From: Vicinamibacteria bacterium
GTDB taxonomy: Bacteria > Acidobacteriota > Vicinamibacteria > Marinacidobacterales > Marinacidobacteraceae
Reading direction: 5' to 3'
Assembly (NCBI GenBank): GCA_965199715.1
Contig: OZ241322.1
Location: 128,001-192,000, forward strand
Length of the DNA stretch: 64,000 bases
Part shown: piece by piece, positions 30,361-44,500 of the stretch
How the letters are laid out: every line of letters starts with the position of its first letter
Numbering within the stretch: the first letter of the stretch is position 1
Notes under the pieces: model-generated
What the model saw: only the letters and a program-made list of their open reading frames with translations
Database searches by the model: none
What the model was told of the DNA's origin: nothing
Program-made: the position numbers and the translations under genes

Positions 30361-32034
30361 GTGACCGTCCCGCCCCTCGTCCCGGCGCGGATGGTCAACG
30401 AGCACGTCTATTGCCCGCGCCTCGCCTACCTCATGTGGAGCCAGGCCGAATGGGCCGAGACCGGCGACACGGTGGACGGGCGGCGCGTGCACTCCCGCGT
30501 GGATCGGGCGGGGAAGCCGCTGCCCGATCCCGAGGACGTGAAGGACGAGTCCGACAAGCTCGTCACCCGCTCCCTGACGCTCTCATCCGAACGGCTCGGC
30601 GTGATCGCCAAGATCGACGTCGCCGAGGCGGAGGACGGCCTCGTCGTCCCCGTGGACTACAAGCGCGGCAAGCGCCCGCACGTCGCGAAGGGGGCGTACG
30701 AGCCGGAGCGGGTCCAGGTCTGCTTGCAGGCGACCCTGCTCGAGGAGCACGGCTACCGCGTCGAGGAAGGCGCCATCTGGTACGCGGCGAGCCGGGAGAA
30801 GGTCCGGATCCCCATCGACGACGAGCTGCGCGCCTCGGCGATGGAGGCGGTCCGCGGCCTGCGCGAGACGGCCGCCGCGGGGGAGATTCCGCCGCCGCTG
30901 GAGGACAGCCCGAAGTGCCCGCGCTGCGCGCTCGTCTCCGTCTGCCTGCCCGACGAGATGCGGTCGCTCGGAGGCTCGGACCTCGAGCCGCGCCCCATCG
31001 CCATCGGCCCGGACGAGTCGCTGCCGCTCGTCGTCCAGTCGCAGCGGGCGACGATCCGGAAGTCCGGCGACACGCTGAGGATCGAGGACGGGGAAGACGC
31101 GACGATCGTCCGGCTGAACGACGTGTCCGACGTCGCCGTCTTCGGCGCCGCCTACCTCACCAGTCCGGCGCTCGCCGAGCTGATGCGCCGCCAGATTCCG
31201 GTCGCCTGGCACAGCCACGGGGGCTGGTTCCGCGGCGTGACCGCGGGCGTCGGCCACAAGAACGTCGAGGTCCGCACCGAGCAGTACCGGCGCAGCTTCG
31301 ACGAGGACCATTGCCTGCGTTTCGCCCGCCGCCTCGTGGAGGCCAAGATCGTGAACCAGCGGACGTTCCTCCGACGCAACTGGCGCGGCGAACCCGATGG
31401 CAAGACGCTGGCGCTCGAGCGGCTCAAGGTGGCGCGGAAGGCCGCCAGGCGGGCGGCGACGACCGCCGAACTCCTCGGCGTCGAGGGCGACGCCGCGGCC
31501 ACGTACTTCCGGGCGTTCTCCGGGATGCTCGCCCCTCCCGGAACCGAGGACGACGAAGTCGCCCCGTTCCGGTTCGACCGCCGCAACCGCCGTCCGCCCG
31601 CCGATCCGGTGAACGCGATGCTCTCGCTCGCCTACGCCATGCTCACCCGCCAGTTCGCCAACGCGCTCGCGACGGTGGGGCTGGATCCGTACCGCGGCTT
31701 CCTCCACGCGCCCCGGTACGGCAAGCCGGCGCTCGCGCTCGACCTCATGGAGCCGTTCCGCCCCATCGTCGCCGACTCGGTCGTTCTTTCCGTCGTCAAC
31801 ACCGGCGAGATCGCGGCCGGCGACTTCGTGACGGCCCCGACCGGAGTCGCGCTCACTCCGGCGGGCCGCCGCCGCTTCATCGGCGCCTACGAGCGCCGCC
31901 TCTCGCAGGAGACCACCCATCCGCTGTTCGGCTACAAGCTCAGCATGCGGCGGCTGATCCTGCTCCAGGCCCGCCTGCTATGCCGACGTCTCCTCGGCGA
32001 ACTGGAGAGCTACCCGCACTACCTGCCGCGGTGA
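30361..32034 (+). CDS. cas1: Cas4-Cas1 fusion
   Basis: Cas4: YCPR, PVDYKRG, CPRCALVSVC; Cas1: LLGVEGDAA, RRPPADPVNAMLSLAY, GFLH, ALDLMEPFR. Start approximate. Confidence 0.95.
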   Translation: MTVPPLVPARMVNEHVYCPRLAYLMWSQAEWAETGDTVDGRRVHSRVDRAGKPLPDPEDVKDESDKLVTRSLTLSSERLGVIAKIDVAEAEDGLVVPVDYKRGKRPHVAKGAYEPERVQVCLQATLLEEHGYRVEEGAIWYAASREKVRIPIDDELRASAMEAVRGLRETAAAGEIPPPLEDSPKCPRCALVSVCLPDEMRSLGGSDLEPRPIAIGPDESLPLVVQSQRATIRKSGDTLRIEDGEDATIVRLNDVSDVAVFGAAYLTSPALAELMRRQIPVAWHSHGGWFRGVTAGVGHKNVEVRTEQYRRSFDEDHCLRFARRLVEAKIVNQRTFLRRNWRGEPDGKTLALERLKVARKAARRAATTAELLGVEGDAAATYFRAFSGMLAPPGTEDDEVAPFRFDRRNRRPPADPVNAMLSLAYAMLTRQFANALATVGLDPYRGFLHAPRYGKPALALDLMEPFRPIVADSVVLSVVNTGEIAAGDFVTAPTGVALTPAGRRRFIGAYERRLSQETTHPLFGYKLSMRRLILLQARLLCRRLLGELESYPHYLPR

Positions 32035-32043
32035 AGGCGGAAC

Positions 32044-32337
32044 ATGACCGGGGAACGGACCTACATCGTCACCTACGACATCGCCGACAGCCGGAGGTGG
32101 GGCAAGGTGTTCAAGACGATGCACGGGTTCGGGAAGTGGCTCCAACTGTCGGTGTTCCAGTGTCGGCTCTCCTACCGCAGGCGCGCCGAACTCGAGACGA
32201 AGCTCCGGGAGATCATCAAGACCGGCGAGGATCACGTCCTCCTCATCGACGTCGGCCCGGCGGACAAGAGCGCGGTCGCCGTCACGAGCATCGGGAAGAC
32301 CTTCACGGCCATCAAGCGCGAGTCGCTGGTGCTGTGA
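32044..32337 (+). CDS. cas2: Cas2
   Basis: YIVTYDIAD...GKWLQLSVFQC. Confidence 0.95.
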   Translation: MTGERTYIVTYDIADSRRWGKVFKTMHGFGKWLQLSVFQCRLSYRRRAELETKLREIIKTGEDHVLLIDVGPADKSAVAVTSIGKTFTAIKRESLVL

Positions 32338-32594
32338 GACGTCCAGGCCGCCGAATCGCGCCGGACGGCCCTGGAAGCCGGGAGCAACGACCCCGCCGAC
32401 CCGTTTCGAGCGGCGCGGCGGTGAGCGAATCGACGGGACCGCTCGAAGAGCCGCACTGCGCAGGTTTTCAAGGACTTGCGTCCATTTTTGGGCGCGGACG
32501 CGCGGTCCGGGAAGCCGGATCCGTGGCAGAATCGGCGGGGCGCTCGAAACCGTGCGGCGTTCGCCTTCTGTCCCATGCGGGGCAGGGGGTACGG
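32338..32594 (+). promoter_or_regulatory. CRISPR leader with repeated CGCTCGAA motifs and an IHF-like box
   Basis: TTCGAGCG at 32405, CGCTCGAA at 32440 and 32541, TTTCAAGGACTTG at 32466 (12/13 to WATCAANNNNTTR). Confidence 0.7.
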
Positions 32595-35500
32595 CCACTC
32601 CGGGGCATGATTGCCCCGGCCTCATTGAAGCGTGGGGCATGATTGCCCCGGCCTCCACTCCGCCGCCAAGGCCGCACTCGCGGCGCCACCACTCCGGGGC
32701 ATGATTGCCCCGGCCTCATTGAAGCGGCCTCGTCCTAAGGCGCCTTCCCGCGCCTTCTAGGCCCACTCCGGGGCATGATTGCCCCGGCCTCATTGAAGCG
32801 ATATCGTCTCCCGACGGGACAATGGATGGGCAACCACTCCGGGGCATGATTGCCCCGGCCTCATTGAAGCCCGGCGCCATGCGCGATTGCGCGGAGCACG
32901 TGGAAATCGAGTCGCCCACTCCGGGGCATGATTGCCCCGGCCTCATTGAAGCCCGGCTTGCGGATAGGAAGCCCGAGCGGGGGATCGCGCCCACTCCGGG
33001 GCATGATTGCCCCGGCCTCATTGAAGCAGAGCCCCTTCATTCCCGCGGCGGTTTTCGCCCCACTCCGGGGCATGATTGCCCCGGCCTCATTGAAGCGGTA
33101 CCGCATCCCTCACGCGAGCCCCTCAAGCTCGCCCCCGGCTCGCCGTGGAGGCGCCCCACTCCGGGGCATGATTGCCCCGGCCTCATTGAAGCGCGTTCTC
33201 TCCGGGGCATGATTGCCCCGGCGCGCGTCCATTCCACTCGCACTCGCCCACTCCGGGGCATGATTGCCCCGGCCTCATTGAAGCGCCTGCGCGTCGAAGG
33301 TGAAGCGCACCGCTACGGTAGACCACTCCGGGGCATGATTGCCCCGGCCTCATTGAAGCATCCGCTCCATTCGCATGATGCCGCGCACGCACTCGGCCAC
33401 TCCGGGGCATGATTGCCCCGGCCTCATTGAAGCATCTCCGCGGATACGGAAACCACGATCGGCTCTGATGACCACTCCGGGGCATGATTGCCCCGGCCTC
33501 ATTGAAGCGAGGCCACGAGGTACTGGCCGGCGCGGGAGGTCCCGGCCACTCCGGGGCATGATTGCCCCGGCCTCATTGAAGCTCGGGTTCCCGCCGGCCG
33601 CCCGGATTTCCTCCGGGAGCCCCACTCCGGGGCATGATTGCCCCGGCCTCATTGAAGCGATTCATCTTGGATTGCGCCTTCAGTACAAGGATCGCCACTC
33701 CGGGGCATGATTGCCCCGGCCTCATTGAAGCCGAGTCACGGCCCCAGCGAGCCCATCGACGGTCCTGCTCCACTCCGGGGCATGATTGCCCCGGCCTCAT
33801 TGAAGCATGTGGTCGGCCCTGACGGGGCCGGTCGGCTGGATTGTGGCCACTCCGGGGCATGATTGCCCCGGCCTCATTGAAGCGGCGAGAGTCGATCCGA
33901 CAGCACGCACGACCGCAACAACCACTCCGGGGCATGATTGCCCCGGCCTCATTGAAGCCGGGGAGTACGTCCCGGCCCTCGCGCCCGACGAGCCCTGCCA
34001 CTCCGGGGCATGATTGCCCCGGCCTCATTGAAGCCGGTAGCCCCGACGACGGCATGGTCGAGGTGAAGGCCCCACTCCGGGGCATGATTGCCCCGGCCTC
34101 ATTGAAGCGACCTCTCGGGCACCACGCTTTGGGCCTGTTCAAATTCCCACTCCGGGGCATGATTGCCCCGGCCTCATTGAAGCGGAGACCGGCTACTTTC
34201 TCGCGACCGGGGACGAGCACGACCACTCCGGGGCATGATTGCCCCGGCCTCATTGAAGCGATGGCGTCAGGCGCGTCCGGCGCGGCGCGTTGAACCAACC
34301 ACTCCGGGGCATGATTGCCCCGGCCTCATTGAAGCAATCCGGCGGGATCGCACCATTGGGCGCGAAGGACGCTCCACTCCGGGGCATGATTGCCCCGGCC
34401 TCATTGAAGCTCGGGCTAGGGGGGCCGGCTGACGGGGTCGTCGGACCGCCACTCCGGGGCATGATTGCCCCGGCCTCATTGAAGCGGTCGACGTACTCGC
34501 GGTCTCCCGCCTCCCGCGCCTACCACTCCGGGGCATGATTGCCCCGGCCTCATTGAAGCCGCTGCAGGTTCAACCAGATGGTCGTGCCGTCCGAAACCAC
34601 TCCGGGGCATGATTGCCCCGGCCTCATTGAAGCATCAGGATGCTCGTGGCGCCCCGTGGCGATCCGGGGGTACCACTCCGGGGCATGATTGCCCCGGCCT
34701 CATTGAAGCTCGCGGGCGGCAGGATTCTTCATCGCTGCTTCAGTCACCACTCCGGGGCATGATTGCCCCGGCCTCATTGAAGCCGCTTGACCGAGATCGT
34801 TTCGCCGACCGCTTTCCCGCCACTCCGGGGCATGATTGCCCCGGCCTCATTGAAGCAGGGGGGGTGGGCATTCGGGCACACCTTTAGGTGCCCCTTGCCA
34901 CTCCGGGGCATGATTGCCCCGGCCTCATTGAAGCCTCCCGACCGAATCCGTGATCCTCGCCCCGGTCCGCCCACTCCGGGGCATGATTGCCCCGGCCTCA
35001 TTGAAGCAATCAGCAGCGTACGGTCGCGGGCCTGAGCCTCATTCGCCACTCCGGGGCATGATTGCCCCGGCCTCATTGAAGCATCGGATATAGCCTCGCG
35101 CTCGTCTTCCAGTCGACCGCCCCACTCCGGGGCATGATTGCCCCGGCCTCATTGAAGCAATGAGGCGGCGCGCCTCCCGGAGCGCTTTCGCTACGGCCCA
35201 CTCCGGGGCATGATTGCCCCGGCCTCATTGAAGCTCGGCTACTGGAGCGCTGCCAGTGTAAGGAGCGGAGCTCCACTCCGGGGCATGATTGCCCCGGCCT
35301 CATTGAAGCACGGACCGAGTGAAAGGCTACGGGCACTCTACGGCAACCACTCCGGGGCATGATTGCCCCGGCCTCATTGAAGCGGGCGGCCCGCCATGAT
35401 GGTGGGCCGATCCAGCACCCACCCCACTCCGGGGCATGATTGCCCCGGCCTCATTGAAGCGACGTTTTGTTCGGCGTGAAGCTCATTAGGCCTGAGCCCA

Positions 35501-38500
35501 CTCCGGGGCATGATTGCCCCGGCCTCATTGAAGCATCGCTATTGGGAGCCATTCATGGGCGGCGGAAGCGCCACTCCGGGGCATGATTGCCCCGGCCTCA
35601 TTGAAGCCACAGCGATGCGACTGTCTTCGTTTCTCGGACGAATGCCCACTCCGGGGCATGATTGCCCCGGCCTCATTGAAGCCTCGAGCGCTCCCGATGT
35701 GCGGTCTTCGGACGCGGGCGACCACTCCGGGGCATGATTGCCCCGGCCTCATTGAAGCTCGTCGGCCACCCGCCTCCACGTGCTGGCGGCGGGCGCGACC
35801 ACTCCGGGGCATGATTGCCCCGGCCTCATTGAAGCCCTGTTCTGGCGCGCGTAAGGATGCGCACGCCTGAGTCCACTCCGGGGCATGATTGCCCCGGCCT
35901 CATTGAAGCCGAAGGAAGACTAGTCGCTAACAAACCACGCTAGCGATCCACTCCGGGGCATGATTGCCCCGGCCTCATTGAAGCCGCGCATGGAACGACG
36001 CGCGACAGGCTCTTCCAAGACCCACTCCGGGGCATGATTGCCCCGGCCTCATTGAAGCAAGTCGCGAGCCGTGGCATAAAACGACGGCATGTCAGCCACT
36101 CCGGGGCATGATTGCCCCGGCCTCATTGAAGCCACTCGTGCGCGAGCACCTCGCGCCGCGCGGAGTCGCGCCACTCCGGGGCATGATTGCCCCGGCCTCA
36201 TTGAAGCTGGGCGCATCTCACGCGGATTCCGCTCGCGTACGCGTACCCACTCCGGGGCATGATTGCCCCGGCCTCATTGAAGCAGTTGGGCCGTCCATGG
36301 GCTACTGGAACCGTGGACGTCCACTCCGGGGCATGATTGCCCCGGCCTCATTGAAGCAATAGAGCACTAGACGGGGGCGCGTATGAGGCGCGCCCCCACT
36401 CCGGGGCATGATTGCCCCGGCCTCATTGAAGCGAGTTGATCGCCGCCGAGAGGTCCGATGCGAAAGGACCACTCCGGGGCATGATTGCCCCGGCCTCATT
36501 GAAGCGCGGCGCCGTAGTTTTTGGTTCCGGCGCATGGGGCGGGCCACTCCGGGGCATGATTGCCCCGGCCTCATTGAAGCCTGATGAATTGGACGGCGCT
36601 AGCGCCCTCTCCCAGCCTCCCACTCCGGGGCATGATTGCCCCGGCCTCATTGAAGCGGGGAACCCGCCCGGCACCCCCAAGGAGCAAACCATGACCACTC
36701 CGGGGCATGATTGCCCCGGCCTCATTGAAGCCACCGGCGCGATTGGGCCGGGCGGCCGGAGGTGCCCCCCCACTCCGGGGCATGATTGCCCCGGCCTCAT
36801 TGAAGCACCCTATGATTAAGAAACTCCGGCTGCTGCTCGTTCCCCACTCCGGGGCATGATTGCCCCGGCCTCATTGAAGCCGGAGGGGCAACCGGCTATC
36901 GCGCGTCGGCCGGAGCCCACTCCGGGGCATGATTGCCCCGGCCTCATTGAAGCGCCGTCAGAGAGCCTGAACGCTAGCCCTTCACCCGGCCCACTCCGGG
37001 GCATGATTGCCCCGGCCTCATTGAAGCACTATCGCCGGCGGAGCTCGAATCGCGGCGAGTTCTTCCCACTCCGGGGCATGATTGCCCCGGCCTCATTGAA
37101 GCCGGAAGCGCCCGGACACTGCAGTCGACACACGGTGCGCCACTCCGGGGCATGATTGCCCCGGCCTCATTGAAGCGAATTCCACGTATGAATCCATCAT
37201 CGTGGTAGCCACCCACTCCGGGGCATGATTGCCCCGGCCTCATTGAAGCCTCTCCCGCCCGCGGCGGCGGGAGGAGGTACCCCTACCCACTCCGGGGCAT
37301 GATTGCCCCGGCCTCATTGAAGCAGCCCTCCGGTAGGCGCGCCTGCCGGCCGGGCAGGCTCCCCACTCCGGGGCATGATTGCCCCGGCCTCATTGAAGCA
37401 AGCGGCCGGGAGCACGCTCGCCTCGATCAGCGGCAAGGCCACTCCGGGGCATGATTGCCCCGGCCTCATTGAAGCAGGAAAGCCGCCGCGGAGCTCGTCG
37501 GACCGGACGTCGAGCCACTCCGGGGCATGATTGCCCCGGCCTCATTGAAGCACTGGTGCTCACGCGCGCCACGCGCGCGTCGCACGCTACCACTCCGGGG
37601 CATGATTGCCCCGGCCTCATTGAAGCCGCCGTCTCCGGGGTGCCGCGCTCCTCGATCTACCAACCCCACTCCGGGGCATGATTGCCCCGGCCTCATTGAA
37701 GCTTCGCCTCGGCGGCGGCTCCTCTCGCTGCGGCGAGCCACTCCGGGGCATGATTGCCCCGGCCTCATTGAAGCGACCGCTGCCGCGTAGTCGACCTCCC
37801 GTCCGTGCTTCGGCCACTCCGGGGCATGATTGCCCCGGCCTCATTGAAGCCCGGCCTGGAGCCCTACGGCGGCCACAGCGGCGCTAGCCCACTCCGGGGC
37901 ATGATTGCCCCGGCCTCATTGAAGCCCGCCGCGGCGGCGGCTTCACGTCAGCCGCCGTCAGCCACTCCGGGGCATGATTGCCCCGGCCTCATTGAAGCAA
38001 CGTCTCGCCAGATGATGTCTTCGGTGCCGGAGTTGACCACTCCGGGGCATGATTGCCCCGGCCTCATTGAAGCATGCGGCATTTCATGGCGCCTGTAAGA
38101 CCTAAGGACTCCACTCCGGGGCATGATTGCCCCGGCCTCATTGAAGCCTTGGATCTTCATCATCAAAACCACCCGCGCGAAGTAACCCACTCCGGGGCAT
38201 GATTGCCCCGGCCTCATTGAAGCCTGAGTTTGCCTACGTCACGCGCGATCCCGTCGATCCACTCCGGGGCATGATTGCCCCGGCCTCATTGAAGCCGCCT
38301 CCGCGGTAGAGGCCGAGCACCCGATCAAGGCCGGCCACTCCGGGGCATGATTGCCCCGGCCTCATTGAAGCTAGGACGGCGAGCTGCTTCTCCTTGATCC
38401 GGATTTGCGCCACTCCGGGGCATGATTGCCCCGGCCTCATTGAAGCGAGGCGCGCCTCCAGTTCCCGCTCCTCTTCATCGGACCACTCCGGGGCATGATT

Positions 38501-41500
38501 GCCCCGGCCTCATTGAAGCTTCCTCGGGGTCGATGGGCTCGATGGGCTCGGGCTCCGGCCACTCCGGGGCATGATTGCCCCGGCCTCATTGAAGCGGAGA
38601 AGCCGGCACCGCCGGCGAAGAAGCCGCCCGCCCCACTCCGGGGCATGATTGCCCCGGCCTCATTGAAGCAGCTGCCCGCACTCCGGGCAGCGGCGGGAGC
38701 GCTCCCGCCACTCCGGGGCATGATTGCCCCGGCCTCATTGAAGCCATCGAGCGCGATCTTTGCCTGGATCGCGTCATTCAGCCACTCCGGGGCATGATTG
38801 CCCCGGCCTCATTGAAGCGGAGCGCCAGAGGGCGCGATGGACAGTGGCCTCCCGCCACTCCGGGGCATGATTGCCCCGGCCTCATTGAAGCACGCGGGCT
38901 CGCCGTAGCCGCGCTGTGCGAGGATCCCCACTCCGGGGCATGATTGCCCCGGCCTCATTGAAGCCCGCATTGGAGGCGCGCCGAGCGTCCTTCAAGGACG
39001 CCCACTCCGGGGCATGATTGCCCCGGCCTCATTGAAGCCGCCGTGGCATGTTGAAGTTCCACCGGAATGGCTTCATCCACTCCGGGGCATGATTGCCCCG
39101 GCCTCATTGAAGCCGGAGCTTCCCGACGTCGCGGGCGATGGAGTCAATGCCACTCCGGGGCATGATTGCCCCGGCCTCATTGAAGCAGAGGAAATTCCGA
39201 ACACTGGTTCATTGCGCTCGGCAGCCCACTCCGGGGCATGATTGCCCCGGCCTCATTGAAGCTCGTGCCGAAACCTCGGCTCCGTATCCAGGTCAAGACC
39301 ACTCCGGGGCATGATTGCCCCGGCCTCATTGAAGCGCGGCGATCGCTCCGTACGGAAATCTCGCCGGCGCGCCACTCCGGGGCATGATTGCCCCGGCCTC
39401 ATTGAAGCCGGAATGGCTTCCAACCTTCCCAATAGTCAACATACCCCACTCCGGGGCATGATTGCCCCGGCCTCATTGAAGCAGACCTTCCCGCCGGGGT
39501 GGGAGTGGCCGGAGGCCCACCACTCCGGGGCATGATTGCCCCGGCCTCATTGAAGCCGGGGCACCGCGGAGCATTGGTTCATCGCGGTCGGCCACTCCGG
39601 GGCATGATTGCCCCGGCCTCATTGAAGCCTAGGCGGCGTTTGGAACCGGATGGTAGATGCCCTCGACCACTCCGGGGCATGATTGCCCCGGCCTCATTGA
39701 AGCCCGTGGGATCGCGATGAGGATGGCTACTCGGCTCGGGGCCCACTCCGGGGCATGATTGCCCCGGCCTCATTGAAGCCCCGATCGTCTTTCGCGCCGC
39801 GAGAGGCGGCGAAATCCCCCACTCCGGGGCATGATTGCCCCGGCCTCATTGAAGCCGGGCTGGCGACGCCGGGAATCGTACCGGCGAGGTCACCCACTCC
39901 GGGGCATGATTGCCCCGGCCTCATTGAAGCTCGTGGCGGCGGCAACCGCGGCAGCGGTCGGCACCGTCGCCACTCCGGGGCATGATTGCCCCGGCCTCAT
40001 TGAAGCACGCGCACGTCATGGCTGCCGTGGAAGGACCGAACGACCACTCCGGGGCATGATTGCCCCGGCCTCATTGAAGCCGAGTCAAACGTCGTGGCGG
40101 CGACCACCTGCCCGTGCCACTCCGGGGCATGATTGCCCCGGCCTCATTGAAGCCAAGGAGAGCTGGGACCTCGACGCCGAGCCGCTTGACCACTCCGGGG
40201 CATGATTGCCCCGGCCTCATTGAAGCCGGGGTACCCCCAGCCTCCTCGGGGCTAGGTACCCCCACCACTCCGGGGCATGATTGCCCCGGCCTCATTGAAG
40301 CGACTTCCTGCGTGATCTCAGTCAGAGCCGATCTCATGCCCACTCCGGGGCATGATTGCCCCGGCCTCATTGAAGCCGGGCTCCGGCACGGAGCTCGTCC
40401 CGGCGCCACTTCGGCCACTCCGGGGCATGATTGCCCCGGCCTCATTGAAGCGCGTCCTTGGGGACCCTCTGCCAGAACCGGAATACCACCCACTCCGGGG
40501 CATGATTGCCCCGGCCTCATTGAAGCCTCCATCAGCCGGGCGACTGCCGACGCCCGGGTCTTTTCCACTCCGGGGCATGATTGCCCCGGCCTCATTGAAG
40601 CCGAGCAGCCGCTGGCGTGGCCACGCTCCGGGGTTCAGACCACTCCGGGGCATGATTGCCCCGGCCTCATTGAAGCGTGGGCGCGGGCCTCGATCAGCCG
40701 CGCCATGGCGTCTCCACTCCGGGGCATGATTGCCCCGGCCTCATTGAAGCAGGGTGCCACCGGCGAGGCGGCGCGCCGGTGGGCGGCCCACTCCGGGGCA
40801 TGATTGCCCCGGCCTCATTGAAGCCTCGGGATATCCGAGTGACAGCTGACCGCTCTCTCAACCACTCCGGGGCATGATTGCCCCGGCCTCATTGAAGCCG
40901 GCGGCGCGAGCCCTTCCAGCTCGCCCGCCGGCAACCACTCCGGGGCATGATTGCCCCGGCCTCATTGAAGCTGCGACTCGTCGCACCGCAGCGGTACCAA
41001 TATGTGCCGACCACTCCGGGGCATGATTGCCCCGGCCTCATTGAAGCCGTGGTACCGGAAGCTGTTCCCTGCGATCTTCAGCTTCCGACCACTCCGGGGC
41101 ATGATTGCCCCGGCCTCATTGAAGCCGCTTGAGGCCGCGCGCGAGCGTTTGGCGCGCACGGAACCACTCCGGGGCATGATTGCCCCGGCCTCATTGAAGC
41201 AGCCACCGAGCCCCGCTGAATCGTCACCGTCCAGACCCCACTCCGGGGCATGATTGCCCCGGCCTCATTGAAGCCTGGTAGGACGCGGTTGTCGCCGTCA
41301 ACCCATCTGTACACTCCGGGGCATGATTGCCCCGGCCTCATTGAAGCTAGCCTTCCGGCGAGTACGGGATTTGGTCGATCAAGACCCACTCCGGGGCATG
41401 ATTGCCCCGGCCTCATTGAAGCGCTTCTGGCGGCGTCCATGAATACAGCGTGAGCGGCCCACTCCGGGGCATGATTGCCCCGGCCTCATTGAAGCCTCCT

Positions 41501-44500
41501 TCGCGCGCCGGCGGGAGCGCTCGGCGCGCTCCCGCCACTCCGGGGCATGATTGCCCCGGCCTCATTGAAGCCACGTCACGAGCAGGTCCTCCACGTCCGT
41601 CATGCCCCCACTCCGGGGCATGATTGCCCCGGCCTCATTGAAGCGCCGCGTACACCGCAATGATCGAGCAGCCCGGCGCGCCACTCCGGGGCATGATTGC
41701 CCCGGCCTCATTGAAGCTCGACCGCCGCCGACGTTGCCGCGCCCTCCGGTTCCGCCCCACTCCGGGGCATGATTGCCCCGGCCTCATTGAAGCCCACGGC
41801 CCGGCGGTTGTGGTCTATCCCCAGCACTACCCCACTCCGGGGCATGATTGCCCCGGCCTCATTGAAGCCGCTATCCGCTCGGCTGCCAGTCTATGCCGAT
41901 GCGTCCCACTCCGGGGCATGATTGCCCCGGCCTCATTGAAGCAGATTGCTGGTGAATTCGTGGGAAGCGGTCATAAGCGCCCCACTCCGGGGCATGATTG
42001 CCCCGGCCTCATTGAAGCACGCTCGGCTGACGCAGTCGGCTGACGCCCCGCTGGACCACTCCGGGGCATGATTGCCCCGGCCTCATTGAAGCAACGCCGA
42101 AAGCTGGGCGGTTAGCGGTATCGCCGCCTCATACCACTCCGGGGCATGATTGCCCCGGCCTCATTGAAGCAGGACGGCGCGCCCGCCGAGAAGCGCTCGC
42201 TCCGGGACCACTCCGGGGCATGATTGCCCCGGCCTCATTGAAGCTGGCCCGTCGGCATGTGGCCGCCCGGCCACTGGCCCTGCCCACTCCGGGGCATGAT
42301 TGCCCCGGCCTCATTGAAGCCGGAGGAGTGGTCTCGGGGGCGGGAGAGTCATTGCTCACCACTCCGGGGCATGATTGCCCCGGCCTCATTGAAGCTCCGC
42401 CGCCCGGAGCGAATACATGGCGGTCCCGGATTCCACTCCGGGGCATGATTGCCCCGGCCTCATTGAAGCGCCAGCCGGGACTCAGTCCGGTCCCGGAAGC
42501 GCAGCCCACTCCGGGGCATGATTGCCCCGGCCTCATTGAAGCTTCGTCGCGGCCACGGCCGCCCTGTGGTACCTCGCAGGCCCACTCCGGGGCATGATTG
42601 CCCCGGCCTCATTGAAGCAAGGCGAGCCCGTGGACGCCGATGCAGTGGGAAGCGTACCACTCCGGGGCATGATTGCCCCGGCCTCATTGAAGCCCGGCAA
42701 GGATGAAATACCACGCCTCGGCCATCATGCCACTCCGGGGCATGATTGCCCCGGCCTCATTGAAGCATGGTTTCACCATCGGGATGCGAAACCACTCCAT
42801 CGCTAACCACTCCGGGGCATGATTGCCCCGGCCTCATTGAAGCTGTCTACTGCGAAATGGCCATTTCGGGGGCTGATCGTCCACTCCGGGGCATGATTGC
42901 CCCGGCCTCATTGAAGCCCGCGGCGAAACCGGGAGGAAGGTCGAGGCCGTGCTTCCCCACTCCGGGGCATGATTGCCCCGGCCTCATTGAAGCTCGGGCG
43001 GCGGCCGCCGCCACCGGGCGAGGGCATTCGCCACTCCGGGGCATGATTGCCCCGGCCTCATTGAAGCAAGCCGGCCATCGACGTCGGGATCGCGTCGATC
43101 AGGGCCCACTCCGGGGCATGATTGCCCCGGCCTCATTGAAGCGACTCAGCCGCGAGGGGCGGCAGCCTCGGGCCGTCGACACTCCGGGGCATGATTGCCC
43201 CGGCCTCATTGAAGCCCGGCCGCTTCGAGCGCGCGTCGTTTCGCTTCCGGCATCGCCCACTCCGGGGCATGATTGCCCCGGCCTCATTGAAGCGCCTCCG
43301 GGGTGGCCGGCTGGTTCTCCGGGCTGCTGGCCACTCCGGGGCATGATTGCCCCGGCCTCATTGAAGCTCGGCGGCTCGCAACGAGTACGAGGCCTCGCCT
43401 CGCTGACCACTCCGGGGCATGATTGCCCCGGCCTCATTGAAGCGGCGACGCGAACGTGACGCTCGCCGCCTCGGGCGATACCCACTCCGGGGCATGATTG
43501 CCCCGGCCTCATTGAAGCTCACCGCCGGTAGCGACGAGGTGCCCTACCGAGTGACCACTCCGGGGCATGATTGCCCCGGCCTCATTGAAGCAGCCAGAGG
43601 CCGCCCAGTAGTCGGCCTCAAGGGCTAGCCACTCCGGGGCATGATTGCCCCGGCCTCATTGAAGCTCGGCGTTCGGCGCCGCCCCGGTATATGGGGCGCT
43701 GCCCACTCCGGGGCATGATTGCCCCGGCCTCATTGAAGCCGTCGTCCCGGCAGCGTTCAGGCCGAGCAGCGCCGCCCACTCCGGGGCATGATTGCCCCGG
43801 CCTCATTGAAGCCGCTTCTGGCGCGCGCGGCGCGAGGGGCAGGACGTGGAGCCACTCCGGGGCATGATTGCCCCGGCCTCATTGAAGCGCGGATACATTC
43901 ATCCGCGCCAATCTCCATGGCGTGGCACCCACTCCGGGGCATGATTGCCCCGGCCTCATTGAAGCGCTCGCTACATGAAAGGACGCATCGTCTCGCGAAG
44001 GTCCCACTCCGGGGCATGATTGCCCCGGCCTCATTGAAGCACCACGCCTCCCACGGCGAGTGCGATTGCGAGTGCTACCCACTCCGGGGCATGATTGCCC
44101 CGGCCTCATTGAAGCACGACGTGTGGGAGCTCCGCGTGCTCTTTTTCCCGGCCACTCCGGGGCATGATTGCCCCGGCCTCATTGAAGCGCGCGGGCGAGC
44201 CGCCGCCGCTACGCGTACTCGATCGCGCCACTCCGGGGCATGATTGCCCCGGCCTCATTGAAGCCCAGACCGCCCCCGAGTCGGCCTCTCATCCCAGACC
44301 GCCACTCCGGGGCATGATTGCCCCGGCCTCATTGAAGCCGGGGTACCCCCAGCCCCCTCGGGGCTAGGTACCCCCACCACTCCGGGGCATGATTGCCCCG
44401 GCCTCATTGAAGCCGGAGCTGGAAGAGGCTCGCTCCGGTCGGGGCGCTGGTCCACTCCGGGGCATGATTGCCCCGGCCTCATTGAAGCAGGCTCGCGTGC

